Positions 48,142 to 57,663 of a DNA stretch of 64,000 nucleotides are shown piece after piece. The translations under genes were made by a program, and so were the position numbers. The stretch comes from an uncultured Bacteroides sp. (GTDB lineage: Bacteria > Bacteroidota > Bacteroidia > Bacteroidales > Muribaculaceae). A model generated the notes under the pieces. That model did no database searches. It saw only the letters and a list, made by a program, of their open reading frames with translations, and had not been told where the DNA came from. Position 1 is the first letter of the stretch; the number at the start of each line of letters is the position of its first letter. The stretch spans positions 66,496 to 130,495 of the forward strand of contig CAYSQI010000002.1 in assembly GCA_964433215.1 (NCBI GenBank). Direction: 5' to 3'.

Positions 48142-48185
48142 ACCGGGCTGACGCCAATGAATTCTTGAGTCAGCCCGGTCGTTTT
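48142..48185. terminator. Bidirectional terminator between convergent operons
   Basis: ACCGGGCTGAC...GTCAGCCCGGT stem with flanking A and T tracts. Confidence 0.8.
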
Positions 48186-48197
48186 ATTTGTGTCGGG

Positions 48198-48527
48198 TTA
48201 CGATTGTTTTGGGGGATATTCGGAGGCGCGGCGCGGGTTCATCGGGAACCAGCCTTTGATTACACGCTGGCGCTGTTCGAAAATTTCGAGGATACTCCAG
48301 AACGACGAGAAGCCGACGACGCCGGCCAGTGTCGACCACATGATGTCGTCGACCCATAGCGACAGGGCGCACATGGCCGCACCCAGCAAGGCAAACCACC
48401 ACCAGCAGCGCGTGCCGAAGTAGTATTCACTTTTAATCACGATGGGGTGGAATAGTCCGATTATCAGGAAGGTGCCGAGGCCTATTACGAGCCCCGACAG
48501 ATGGTATTGGGCTAAGAGTTCGCTCAT
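48198..48527 (-). CDS. DUF4491-family small membrane protein
   Basis: FLIIGLFHPIVIKSEYYFG...WSILEIFEQ..RV.KGWFP.NP. Confidence 0.85.
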   Translation of the reverse strand: MSELLAQYHLSGLVIGLGTFLIIGLFHPIVIKSEYYFGTRCWWWFALLGAAMCALSLWVDDIMWSTLAGVVGFSSFWSILEIFEQRQRVIKGWFPMNPRRASEYPPKQS

Positions 48528-48558
48528 GTTTCTATTGTTGAGTGTTAGTGATTTGGTC

Positions 48559-49683
48559 TTATTTTCGGCGGCTGAGCCAGCGGCGCACCGGTTGGTCGTA
48601 GAGTCGTAGAGCGGCGTATGCTACCAGTATGTTCAGCGCCATGACGCCCAGAGCTACGGGCCATGTTTCGGCCAAGGTGTACTGCTTGGTGTCCATGAGC
48701 CATTTGTAGAAGAGGTACATCACCGGATAGTGAGTGATGTAGAGCGGGAACGAAATGTCGCCCAGGAACTTGCACACTCGGTTGGAGAAGGCGTCGCGGG
48801 TCTGGCCCGAAGCGCCGAGCCATACGAGGATGGGGAAGGCTACGATGATGCAGGCCGATTCGTACACGCCGTTGAGGCAGATGGCACCGTCGGTCGGAAG
48901 TACCGGCACGATGAACAGGGCCAGTAGGATGGCTGAGCAAATCCAGAATGCGCCCTTGATGGCTACGGGCTTGAAGATGCGCGACAGGAAGATACCGCAG
49001 GTGAACGGGAACAGCATGCGCAGCGAGCCTGTCAGGATGCCGTAGTCGGCCATGGTCCAGCCCACGCTGAGCGAGCCGGCGCCTGATGCGTCGGTCCAGG
49101 TGTAGACGGCGAGGCACAGGCCGAGTACTACGGCCAGCGCGCCGACCACGCGAGTGCGGCAGCGACTGATGACGAGCGCGTAGATTATGTTGCCGATGTA
49201 TTCGAAGAAAAGCGACCATGCCGGGCCGTTGAGCGGGAATGCTTCGCCATTGCCGCGCACTTCGTAGGAGCAACCGGGGATGGCCGGAATGAAGAGCATG
49301 GCGCACAGCAGGGCCAGCATGATTGAGGTCCAACTAACCTGGGTGCCGTCCCACTGCGTGCAGCCTTGGATGGCGAAGCAGATGGTGCCGACGATAGCAC
49401 CGAATATCACCATGGGGTGGAGACGGATGAGTCGGCGGCGGGCGAAGTCGGCCAGCGACATCGAGCGGTGCAGGCGGTCGTCGTAGGCATAGCCGATGAC
49501 GAAGCCCGAGAGCATGAAGAAGAAGTCGACGGCGAGGTAGCCGTGGTTGATAGTGCCGATGACGGGCGCGCCCGACGCGAAGGCAAATCCTTCGTGTATG
49601 TGGTAAAATACAACAAGGAGTGCTGCGACGCCGCGAAGGCCGTCGAGGAGCGCGTAGTGAGGTTTGGTATCTGAGAATGACAT
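48559..49683 (-). CDS. Acyltransferase_3 (OafA-like) membrane O-acyltransferase
   Basis: LDGLRGVAA..VV..H, AVDFFFMLSGFV, RRLIRLHP, WSLFFEY, LGDISFPLYITH. Confidence 0.9.
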   Translation of the reverse strand: MSFSDTKPHYALLDGLRGVAALLVVFYHIHEGFAFASGAPVIGTINHGYLAVDFFFMLSGFVIGYAYDDRLHRSMSLADFARRRLIRLHPMVIFGAIVGTICFAIQGCTQWDGTQVSWTSIMLALLCAMLFIPAIPGCSYEVRGNGEAFPLNGPAWSLFFEYIGNIIYALVISRCRTRVVGALAVVLGLCLAVYTWTDASGAGSLSVGWTMADYGILTGSLRMLFPFTCGIFLSRIFKPVAIKGAFWICSAILLALFIVPVLPTDGAICLNGVYESACIIVAFPILVWLGASGQTRDAFSNRVCKFLGDISFPLYITHYPVMYLFYKWLMDTKQYTLAETWPVALGVMALNILVAYAALRLYDQPVRRWLSRRK

Positions 49684-49718
49684 AATTATGGCTTTAGGTT
49701 GTACGATGGGATACGCGT

Positions 49719-50228
49719 TTACTTCTTTTGTGCTTGGCTGAAAAGGTTTTCGAGAGCGTCGGTGAGCAAGTCGAGCACGAGTTCGAAGCCTTCGGCGCCT
49801 TCGTAGTAGGGATCGGGTACATGGTCGTAGCGAGTGGCTATGTTGCCCATCCAGTCGCTCATCGGGTGGATTTTAGCCAGGGCTTCGGGCGAAGGAGCCA
49901 GCTCGCGCAGGTCGGATATGTTGCTCGAATCCATGCCGATGATGAGGTCGAAGTCGTCGAAGTCGGTGGAGCGCACCTGGCGCGCGCGATGGGTTAGTTC
50001 GAATCCGCGGCGGCGCGCGTGGATGCGCATGCGGTTGTCGGGCAGCTGGCCGGTGTGCCAGGCGCCGATGCCGGCCGAGTCAATCACCCACCGGTCAGCG
50101 GCGCCTTCGCGCTCGACTATGGCGCGGAAGATGCCTTCGGCGGCCGGCGAGCGGCAGATATTGCCAAGGCACACGAAGAGGACGCGCAGCGGACGCTGCT
50201 CGGGAAGTTCGGGATATTTATTTTTCAT
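49719..50228 (-). CDS. Low-molecular-weight protein tyrosine phosphatase
   Basis: P-loop VCLGNICRS, DSAG, DPYY. Confidence 0.93.
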   Translation of the reverse strand: MKNKYPELPEQRPLRVLFVCLGNICRSPAAEGIFRAIVEREGAADRWVIDSAGIGAWHTGQLPDNRMRIHARRRGFELTHRARQVRSTDFDDFDLIIGMDSSNISDLRELAPSPEALAKIHPMSDWMGNIATRYDHVPDPYYEGAEGFELVLDLLTDALENLFSQAQKK

Positions 50229-51354
50229 TGCGTAAGTCGTTGACGATTAGGGATGCTGCGCGCGCCGATGCACCCGCCGGGCCGAGGATGTCGCGCATCT
50301 GTCGGTAGCCTTCGAGCTGAGCGGCGCGTGCCGGCGAGTTGTTGGGCGTGAGTTGCTGCAGGCGCTCGGTCACGGCTTGTGGTGTGCAGTAGTGGAGCAG
50401 CATCTCGGGTATGATTTCGCGGTCGGCGATTAGGTTGGGTAGCGACACGAAGCGCACTTTTAGCAGGCGTTTCATCAGGTTGTAGGCCAGCTTGGAGCCG
50501 TTCGAGCGGTACATGACTACTTGTGGCACGCCGGCCAGGGCTGCCTCGAGGGTGGCGGTGCCCGATGTGACCAAGGCGGCATGGGCGTGAGCCAGCAATT
50601 CGTGGGTGGCGCTGCGCACGATTTTGAATTTGGTCAGTCCGCTGTAGACACTGTCGTCGATGGCCGGAGCACCGGCTACGACGATGGTGTAGCCCGGGAA
50701 TTGGCGCGCTACGGCATCCATCACCGGCAGGTTGCAGCGGATTTCGCCGCGGCGGCTGCCGGGCAGCAGGGCTATGAACGGGCGGTTGGCTCGCAGGCCG
50801 TGAGTGGTGGCGAATTCTTCGCGCGAGGGAGTAGCGGCCAGCGCGCGCTCGATTTCTTCGACCGACGGATTGCCCACGTAGGTGGCTTGGTCGTAGTCGT
50901 GAGCGCGGTAAAAGTCGGGCTCGAAGGGCAGGATGCACAGCACACGGCGCATCAGTCGGCGTATGGCCTTTACGCGCCACTGCTTCCAGGCCCAAATTTT
51001 GGGCGATATATAATAATATGTAGGAATCGAGGCCTTGGCGGCAGTTTCTGCGACTTTGAGGTTGAAGCTCGGGTAGTCAATCAGAATCAGCGCGTCGGGT
51101 TTTGAGTCGACGACGGCTTTGCGTGCCGTGGCGAGGTTCTTGCGCACCTTGCCCAAGTTGCGGAGCACTTCGCTGAAGCCCATGTAGGCCATTTCGCGAT
51201 AGTGAATGAGGGGCGCGTGCCCGGCCACGTCGGCCATGAGGTCGCCACCGAGGAAGGTAAAGCGAGCTTGTGGGTCGGCAGCGGCCAGTTGCTGCATCAG
51301 CTGCGAGGCGTGCAAGTCGCCCGAGGCTTCGCCGGCTATGAGAAAGTAGTGCAT
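50218..51354 (-). CDS. lpxB: Lipid-A-disaccharide synthase
   Basis: IAGEASGDLH, IDYPSFN, PKIWAW, LLPGSR, TSGTATLE, SLPNLI. Confidence 0.95.
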   Translation of the reverse strand: MHYFLIAGEASGDLHASQLMQQLAAADPQARFTFLGGDLMADVAGHAPLIHYREMAYMGFSEVLRNLGKVRKNLATARKAVVDSKPDALILIDYPSFNLKVAETAAKASIPTYYYISPKIWAWKQWRVKAIRRLMRRVLCILPFEPDFYRAHDYDQATYVGNPSVEEIERALAATPSREEFATTHGLRANRPFIALLPGSRRGEIRCNLPVMDAVARQFPGYTIVVAGAPAIDDSVYSGLTKFKIVRSATHELLAHAHAALVTSGTATLEAALAGVPQVVMYRSNGSKLAYNLMKRLLKVRFVSLPNLIADREIIPEMLLHYCTPQAVTERLQQLTPNNSPARAAQLEGYRQMRDILGPAGASARAASLIVNDLRNEK

Positions 51355-51797
51355 CAGCGTCGTTTTTTGAAGAAGTCAACAATCAGTGCGGCGCATTCGT
51401 CGGCCATGACGCCCCATTCGACTTCGGCCTTGGGGTGGAAGGGTGAGGCCGATGTGAGCGACCGATATCCGCGACGTTCGTCGCCGGCGCCGATGACGAT
51501 GCGGCGAATTTGGCTCCAGCCTATGGCGCCGGCGCACATCAGGCATGGCTCCAGGGTGACGTAGAGCGTGGCATCGTCGAGGTATTTGCCTCCGCGTTCG
51601 TTGGCAGCAGCGGTGATAGCCTGCATTTCGGCGTGAGCGGTGACGTCGCGGAGGGTCTCCGTGAGGTTGTGGCCGCGGCCTACGATGCGTCCACCGGCCA
51701 CTACGATGGCTCCGACGGGAATTTCGTCGTCGGCCATGGCTTGGCGAGCTTCGCCGAGCGCCATCTTCATGTAATATATATCGTCGGGGGTAATCAT
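51354..51797 (-). CDS. tadA: tRNA-specific adenosine deaminase
   Basis: EIPVGA, TAHAE, YVTLEPCLMC.GA. Confidence 0.88.
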   Translation of the reverse strand: MITPDDIYYMKMALGEARQAMADDEIPVGAIVVAGGRIVGRGHNLTETLRDVTAHAEMQAITAAANERGGKYLDDATLYVTLEPCLMCAGAIGWSQIRRIVIGAGDERRGYRSLTSASPFHPKAEVEWGVMADECAALIVDFFKKRR

Positions 51798-51810
51798 TCG
51801 GTTAGATGCG

Positions 51811-52725
51811 TCAGAGGTTGAGTGTGAGACCTTCGTTGGCGGCTACGATTTCGCCACTGAAGGTGTTGGCGGCTTCGCGAGCAAACTGGTTGATGTCGCG
51901 GTAGACCTTAGAGTAGTGGCCGAGCACGAGGCGGCGAGCGCCGGCGGCCGTGGCAATGAGTCCGGCTTGCGAGGCGGTGGAGTGTCCGCGTGTCTTGGCC
52001 TTGGCCAAGCAGTCGTCGCAGTAAGTTGCTTCGTGATATAGCGTGTCGACGCCGCGCACCCACTCGGCGATGTCCGGCTTGTAGGCTGTGTCGCTGCAGT
52101 AGGCATAGCTGCGAGCCGGGGTGGGGTCGGTGGTGAGCATGGCGTTGGGGATGACTCGGCCGTCGGGGCGGACGAAGTCGGCACCATTCTTTATGTCGTT
52201 CATGCGGCTGACGGGCACTTCGTGGTAGCGTACCATGTCGCCGATGATGTGTCGTTGGCCGGGTTTTTCTTTGAACAGAAAGCCGACGGCTGGCACGCGA
52301 TGGTCGAGCGGGAAGGTCTCGACGGTGAGCGCCTTGTCGTCGACGATGGTTGCACGGCCCGGCTCGAGGATGTCGTATTCGATGGTGTAGGGGCGTTCGC
52401 GGCAGAAGACGCGGAGTATGCGGTCGAGCACGTCGGCGCCTTCGGCAAAGGTGTGTATGGTGATGGTGCCGCTGATGTCGTGCAGTGCCATGGTCGATAG
52501 CAGGCCCGGTAGGCCCAGGAAGTGGTCGCCGTGGAGGTGTGATATGAATATGTGGGTGAGGCGGTTGAGCTTCAGGCGCATGCGCTTGAATTGCAACTGC
52601 GCACCTTCGCCGCAGTCGATCATCATTAGTTGGCCGCGAAAGTCGATGACTTGGCACGACGGCAAGTGGTGTGCCGTGGGCGTGGCTGAACCGCAGCCGA
52701 GGTAGTTGATGTCGAATGCAGGCAT
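51811..52725 (-). CDS. rnz: Ribonuclease Z
   Basis: LGCGSATP, DCGEG.Q, SHLHGDH, YCSDT, HEAT, GHYS. Confidence 0.93.
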   Translation of the reverse strand: MPAFDINYLGCGSATPTAHHLPSCQVIDFRGQLMMIDCGEGAQLQFKRMRLKLNRLTHIFISHLHGDHFLGLPGLLSTMALHDISGTITIHTFAEGADVLDRILRVFCRERPYTIEYDILEPGRATIVDDKALTVETFPLDHRVPAVGFLFKEKPGQRHIIGDMVRYHEVPVSRMNDIKNGADFVRPDGRVIPNAMLTTDPTPARSYAYCSDTAYKPDIAEWVRGVDTLYHEATYCDDCLAKAKTRGHSTASQAGLIATAAGARRLVLGHYSKVYRDINQFAREAANTFSGEIVAANEGLTLNL

Positions 52726-52737
52726 TTGATTGGTGTT

Positions 52738-53457
52738 TTAGGTGTTGAAATTCCGGGGAGTGAGGGTGGTGATAGGAGTCAGACCGGTGTGTGTGCCGGT
52801 AATGGGCGCCAACTGATAATCGGGACGCATCAGCAGGAAGTGGCACAGCCCGATGCCGCAGTCGAGCAGTAGCATCGAATCCTTAGGGTCGCCGAATATG
52901 TCGACTGAGCCTGACGGATTGAACGCAAAGCGCCAGGGCTGGCGATTGCAGGCGCTGGGAGCCAGGCGAATGGCTTCGACGGCCTCGGCCAAGTGCTCGG
53001 GAAGGGAGCCGGCGATAATCAGTTCGGAAATGGGGTGACGGCTGCGTGCGTGTACGGCGCTGCGCATCACACGCTCGATCAGTCCGGCGCGTGGTGCGGC
53101 ATATCCTACGGCGATGACGGCGGCGATGTCGCGTCCGGCAGTGCGGCGAGTCAATGAGCGATTGAACGTGCCGCTAATCCAGCAGGTGGCCAAGCCGCGG
53201 CGAGTGAGTTCGACGACGAGGCGCTCGCCTTCGATGCCGGCTTGCAGCAAGTCGTCGGCAGCTACGGCTACGTAGCGTGGCCGGCCCTTGATGATGCCGT
53301 ACGTACCCACGCGCCCCGAGCCGAGTGCGGCCGGGTCGAGCACGGTGAGTGTCGGGCTATCGGCACACAATTCCTCAAGCAACCCGTCGGGTACCGCTTG
53401 GTCGGTGAACGTGCGTGTCGAAATGCGTCGGTTGATTGCTTCGGAAATTGTCAACAT
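52738..53457 (-). CDS. Nitroreductase-family protein (two-lobed)
   Basis: AINRRISTRTF, GLATCWI, APSACNRQPWRF, DCGI. Confidence 0.85.
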   Translation of the reverse strand: MLTISEAINRRISTRTFTDQAVPDGLLEELCADSPTLTVLDPAALGSGRVGTYGIIKGRPRYVAVAADDLLQAGIEGERLVVELTRRGLATCWISGTFNRSLTRRTAGRDIAAVIAVGYAAPRAGLIERVMRSAVHARSRHPISELIIAGSLPEHLAEAVEAIRLAPSACNRQPWRFAFNPSGSVDIFGDPKDSMLLLDCGIGLCHFLLMRPDYQLAPITGTHTGLTPITTLTPRNFNT

Positions 53458-53458
53458 A

Positions 53459-54199
53459 TCAGCCTTGGAGAGAGAGTTTTCGATTATTTAAAACGGCGAT
53501 TACTTCGTCTCTCATATATGGTATATCTATAACATAAGGCCGGCCGTTGTCAGGATGAAAAATAGCCAATTTGCTATTAGATACAATTATACCATAGTTC
53601 TTTTCAAGAATGTATCGATAGATACTTACTTGTAAAGCGTAGTGCCAGTAAGTGGTGTCATAAACATGGTCGATGGGGCTGAAAGCTCTCTTGTTCCATC
53701 TATTGCACTTTTCGGGCTCTCCGTTTACGATAATCTTGTTGCTTCGTTTCCAATCGTAGATTGTGAATTCGCCATTCTGAAAATTCAAGAAATCGAGAGT
53801 GCCGGCCGTCGCGGTTTCTTCGTCATAAATAGCCCACTCCGTACGGTATGGGGTTAATTTATGAGTTTCGGTGAACTGCTCAAAAAGTCGGTATGTAGCA
53901 TCACTGGTATTTGGAAGGCCCAAATAATGCCGTTCGATCTTATGATGTAATTGTGTGCCCAAGTTACGAGCTTCTTCTCCTTTCCGGGCCCACATATCCA
54001 GCACTTCTTGAGGAGTCATGCCTAAGCTTGGCGCCTTCTTTTTCGACCAATAATCAGCGTCAAATTGTTCGAAACATTCTTCGACAATGGTAGTTACGGA
54101 TTTGAATACTTGGCCATTGTGGGTATATGTGTGCGAGGCTTCGTCGAAAAAAATTCGAGAATCTCTGACATGGCTGTTATCGGAGTTGAAATTTTTCAT
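53459..54199 (-). CDS. PD-(D/E)XK nuclease-superfamily protein (RecB/YqaJ-like exonuclease)
   Basis: SVTT, GTQLH..IE, EWAIYD, AGTLD, IYDWK, HYALQVSIY; AT-richer than its neighbours. Confidence 0.82.
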   Translation of the reverse strand: MKNFNSDNSHVRDSRIFFDEASHTYTHNGQVFKSVTTIVEECFEQFDADYWSKKKAPSLGMTPQEVLDMWARKGEEARNLGTQLHHKIERHYLGLPNTSDATYRLFEQFTETHKLTPYRTEWAIYDEETATAGTLDFLNFQNGEFTIYDWKRSNKIIVNGEPEKCNRWNKRAFSPIDHVYDTTYWHYALQVSIYRYILEKNYGIIVSNSKLAIFHPDNGRPYVIDIPYMRDEVIAVLNNRKLSLQG

Positions 54200-54227
54200 G
54201 ACAGACTATTGAGGAAAGATTGAGCAC

Positions 54228-54569
54228 TTATATGATACGACATTTGAAGTCCATGTCGGAGAGGGCGCGGCTCACGGCTTGTGCACGGTCGCCTTGGATG
54301 AGAATTTCGCCGCCGCGGCATGAGCCTCCTACACCCAGAACTTTTTTCAAGCGGGAGGCTACGCTGTCGATTTCATCGTCGTCAATGGTGAAACCGGTGA
54401 TGATGGTAGCGACTTTGCCACCGCGACCTTTGCGTTCGACGATGATGTCGAGCCGGCCTTTTTGTGAGGCTTTCGGTTCGGTGGCAGGCTCGGCCTCGGC
54501 CGGGCTATCGGCTTCGGGCATCTCGGCTCGCAGCCCCATCAGTTTGTCGCGCCAATCGTCGGTCATCAT
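54228..54569 (-). CDS. SUI1/YciH-family translation initiation factor
   Basis: ERKGRGGKVATII.G, LK..LGVGGS...GEILIQGD. Confidence 0.9.
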   Translation of the reverse strand: MMTDDWRDKLMGLRAEMPEADSPAEAEPATEPKASQKGRLDIIVERKGRGGKVATIITGFTIDDDEIDSVASRLKKVLGVGGSCRGGEILIQGDRAQAVSRALSDMDFKCRII

Positions 54570-55033
54570 TCGAGTTCGGTGTGATGCAAGTGGGTGGAGT
54601 CGTCGTGGCTGTTCTCGATGTATGGCTCGTCTTCGGCGCCGACGAGTGAGTCGCGGGGAATTTCAAGGTACGAGCCTACGGAGTAGAGGGTTGTCAGTTG
54701 CGAAGCACCTTCGGACGAGCACGAATTCAGGAAGCTATCGACAGAGTCGGTGCTGAGTGAGCGAGCGCGATTGAGGCAGCGGACTGCCGCACCATCGTTG
54801 GCTCCGGGCTCGCCTGAGAGTAGCACATACAACTCGGCCATGCGGCAGAGTTGTGTAGCCGAAAGGTCGTTGAACGCCGCAGTGTCGGCCAGCAGAGCGT
54901 CGCAGGCTTTTTGACAAGCTTTTTCGTTGCCGGCAGCCAAGGCAGCGGCGGCTTTAGCCACCGGGTCGTCGTTGGCCGACGAGCCGCACGACATTGCCGC
55001 AAGGGCAATCATGATGAAGAGGAGATATTTCAT
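54566..55033 (-). CDS. Hypothetical lipoprotein
   Basis: Lipobox AMSC-GSS; coupled by overlap to ribH and the SUI1 gene. Confidence 0.7.
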   Translation of the reverse strand: MKYLLFIMIALAAMSCGSSANDDPVAKAAAALAAGNEKACQKACDALLADTAAFNDLSATQLCRMAELYVLLSGEPGANDGAAVRCLNRARSLSTDSVDSFLNSCSSEGASQLTTLYSVGSYLEIPRDSLVGAEDEPYIENSHDDSTHLHHTELE

Positions 55034-55524
55034 ATATTCTTAACTTTCTGAGCGAAAGTGTGCATTTTGAGGGCTGCTTCGGCGGCTTCCGAGCCCTTGT
55101 TGCCGAGGCAACCGCCGGCGCGGTCGAGTGCGTCTTGCTCGCAGTCGACGGTGAGAACGCCGAAGATTACGGGTATGTCGCAGTCGGTATTCAGCGACGT
55201 GATGCCTTGTGTGACGCTTTGGCATACATAGTCGAAGTGGGGAGTGCCGCCGCGAATGACACATCCGAAGACGATGACTACATCGTAGGCGCCCGTTTCG
55301 ATGAGCGAGGATGCTGCGAAAGTGAGCTCCACGGCTCCGGGCACGGTGTAGCAGTCGATCATATCATCGTCGACGCCGTGTTCGTGGAGGGTGGCAATAC
55401 AACCCTCGGTGAGTGCGTTGGTAATATGGCCATTCCATTCGGCGGTGACGATGGCTACGCGTACGTCGCCTTCGATTTGCGCGTTGAACGGATTGGGTAG
55501 GCTATTGTTTAATCCGGTTGACAT
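55030..55524 (-). CDS. ribH: 6,7-dimethyl-8-ribityllumazine synthase
   Basis: AEWNG.IT, VPGAVEL, GCVIRG.TPHFDYVC, PVIFGVLT, GNKG.EAA. Confidence 0.96.
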   Translation of the reverse strand: MSTGLNNSLPNPFNAQIEGDVRVAIVTAEWNGHITNALTEGCIATLHEHGVDDDMIDCYTVPGAVELTFAASSLIETGAYDVVIVFGCVIRGGTPHFDYVCQSVTQGITSLNTDCDIPVIFGVLTVDCEQDALDRAGGCLGNKGSEAAEAALKMHTFAQKVKNI

Positions 55525-55660
55525 AAGGTTAAATTTTTAGTATCTGTGTTTGTGGCGCGATGCGCGGACTCTGCGTTTGCCGAGATTGAGCTGCAAAGTG
55601 CTGAGTATGTGCGCAAAGTGCTGAGTGCGCTCGCTCGTGCCGATGATTTTGCTATCGGGT

Positions 55661-56281
55661 CTACTTCTTTTCGGCTGAGTGTTCGCCTCGTGCGGCTTGT
55701 CCGAGATAGCCGCCATGGTGGCGCCGAGCATAATCAGCGCGGCTGAAACCGATAGCTTTCATGACGTTCACTACCAGCACGTCGCCGATGACGGTCATCA
55801 TCGTGGTCGATGTGGTAGGAGTCAGTCCGAGCGGACAGACTTCGGGCTCCGGACCGGTGACAAGCGTTACGTCGGCCATGGCAGCCAGGGGGCTGTCGGC
55901 TTTGCCGGTGATAACGATTAGCGGCACGTCGCTATACAAGCCGCGGGCCAGGTTCACAAGTTCGACGATTTCGCTGGTCTTGCCTGAATTGGAAATCAGC
56001 AGCATCACGTCGTGAGGCTGCATCACGCCTAAATCGCCGTGCTGGGCTTCGGCCGGGTGCAGGTTCACTGCCGGTGTGCCTGTCGACGAGAATGTCGTGG
56101 CGATATTCATGGCAATTTGGCCGGCTTTGCCCATGCCTGAGGTTATGAGCTTGCCACCAAGTCGGTGTACGTGCTCCACGATAAGTTCCACGGCGCGTTC
56201 GTATCCATCAGTGACAGGAATCGACATGATGGCGCGGCTCTCGGCTTCGAGTATCTCTCGCATTGATTCTTTGACGTTCAT
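55661..56281 (-). CDS. SIS-domain sugar-phosphate isomerase (KpsF/GutQ/KdsD-like, no CBS domains)
   Basis: SGMGKAG, FSSTGTP, EAQHGDLG, ISNSGKT, PTTSTT, HHGGYLG; start set at MNVKES. Confidence 0.88.
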   Translation of the reverse strand: MNVKESMREILEAESRAIMSIPVTDGYERAVELIVEHVHRLGGKLITSGMGKAGQIAMNIATTFSSTGTPAVNLHPAEAQHGDLGVMQPHDVMLLISNSGKTSEIVELVNLARGLYSDVPLIVITGKADSPLAAMADVTLVTGPEPEVCPLGLTPTTSTTMMTVIGDVLVVNVMKAIGFSRADYARRHHGGYLGQAARGEHSAEKK

Positions 56282-56654
56282 CTCTGTAAGTTTGAAATGC
56301 AAAATTAACAAATATCAGTCGTACTTGCAAGCGAAAAACGCCGGACGCTGCCGTGCAAATGTGGCTTGGCTACACCAAAAGTGGTGTATTTTGCCGGCGC
56401 AGAGGTCTTAGAGTCTGTTTTAGGGGTGGCAAGTTGCTGAATATTCTTTGTGAACAATCCGTCGATGGCGTCGAGCTGCGCGTCGGAATACTGCCTTGCC
56501 ATGCGTCTACGATGTGGCTTCGGAAAGTCAGGGCGTATGTCTTTTAGTTGAAAACCTTCTACAAAAAAATGATGTAGCCGGGGAGCGCCCGGAGAGAGCG
56601 CTCCTCGGCCGGAGGAGGGAGGAGAATGGAGGAGTGAGAGGAGAATGGAGGGGG

Positions 56655-57464
56655 TTAATGATCGTAGCTGTCGCGCGCCTTCTTATACGAGCAGAGTATT
56701 TCTGAAGCTTCGGCGTCGTCGTGGAAATCTTCGCACATTTTGTCGAAATGAATACGACCTTTCATAGAGCCGCGAGCCGATATGGAGGCTTCGACAAGGA
56801 TTGACGTCTTGCCGCTGCTCGAGAATGGTACGCTCAGTCCATCAGTGATTTCCGATAGTTGCTTGAGCCACGGCTGATTGCAGATTGTCACGGTGTCGAA
56901 TTTGATGCCCTTGGCAGCGGCCTTGCCTGCTTCGCGTACCCAGCTAATTTGGTTATTGACAATGTAATTTTCGCAGCTATAACCTATCGGATGCGGTTCG
57001 GCGTCGGCGATTAGCAGTACCGAGCGGGTGGAGTCGTCGCGCCAAGGAGTTTCTTCAACGATTCGCTTGATGACAAGTTCGTAGAATTCGTCACTGTCGC
57101 CACCGAATGTGTTCTTTGATTCGTGGACGAACTTAATTAGTGCGTTGGCGTCGTTTGTCGGTTGGATGCACTGGTAGGCATCGCCAAAGTCCTGTGCGTT
57201 GCGCATGTCGCAGTAGTCGCCGAAAGCTACGATGCCCAGGCGCAGGTCCTCGTTATTCTTGAACAGGCGCGGAATTAAGTTGGTGACTTGTTGGCGTACA
57301 TCCTCGATGTACGCGGCCATCGAGCCGGTGGTGTCGAAGGCGATGACCATGTCGAGCTTGCCGATGTTTTCGGGCGCGATTGATTCCATCGACGATTTTT
57401 CGGTTGATTGTGGGTCGTTTGAGGGAGAGGCTGCCGTGGCAGATTTAGGAGAAGAGGATTTCAT
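56655..57464 (-). CDS. von Willebrand factor A domain protein
   Basis: MIDAS-like FDTTGSM, VAFGDYCD, GGDSDE, LLIADAEPH; low-complexity S/P-rich N-terminus. Confidence 0.82.
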   Translation of the reverse strand: MKSSSPKSATAASPSNDPQSTEKSSMESIAPENIGKLDMVIAFDTTGSMAAYIEDVRQQVTNLIPRLFKNNEDLRLGIVAFGDYCDMRNAQDFGDAYQCIQPTNDANALIKFVHESKNTFGGDSDEFYELVIKRIVEETPWRDDSTRSVLLIADAEPHPIGYSCENYIVNNQISWVREAGKAAAKGIKFDTVTICNQPWLKQLSEITDGLSVPFSSSGKTSILVEASISARGSMKGRIHFDKMCEDFHDDAEASEILCSYKKARDSYDH

Positions 57465-57663
57465 AGTTTTTGTTTGGTTTTTGAGGTTAGAGTTCACAAA
57501 TGTTAAAGCAAAGAGCGTGCCAAAGTGCGAAATCTATCATATAATTGAGAGAAAAATCGGGCTTGGTACTCGGAAATTGAAAAAATCAGAGGAAAAGGCG
57601 GCTTTTGTCGAATTTTTTAGTTAAGTTTGTATTCAGATTATAGACTAACCAATATCCAAAACA

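Noticed and set aside
55525-55660. FMN riboswitch upstream of ribH; GCAAAGTGCTGAGT repeated at 55593 and 55613
   Set aside because: No RFN consensus is visible and the gap is short; the 14-bp direct repeat is only two copies with no supporting context
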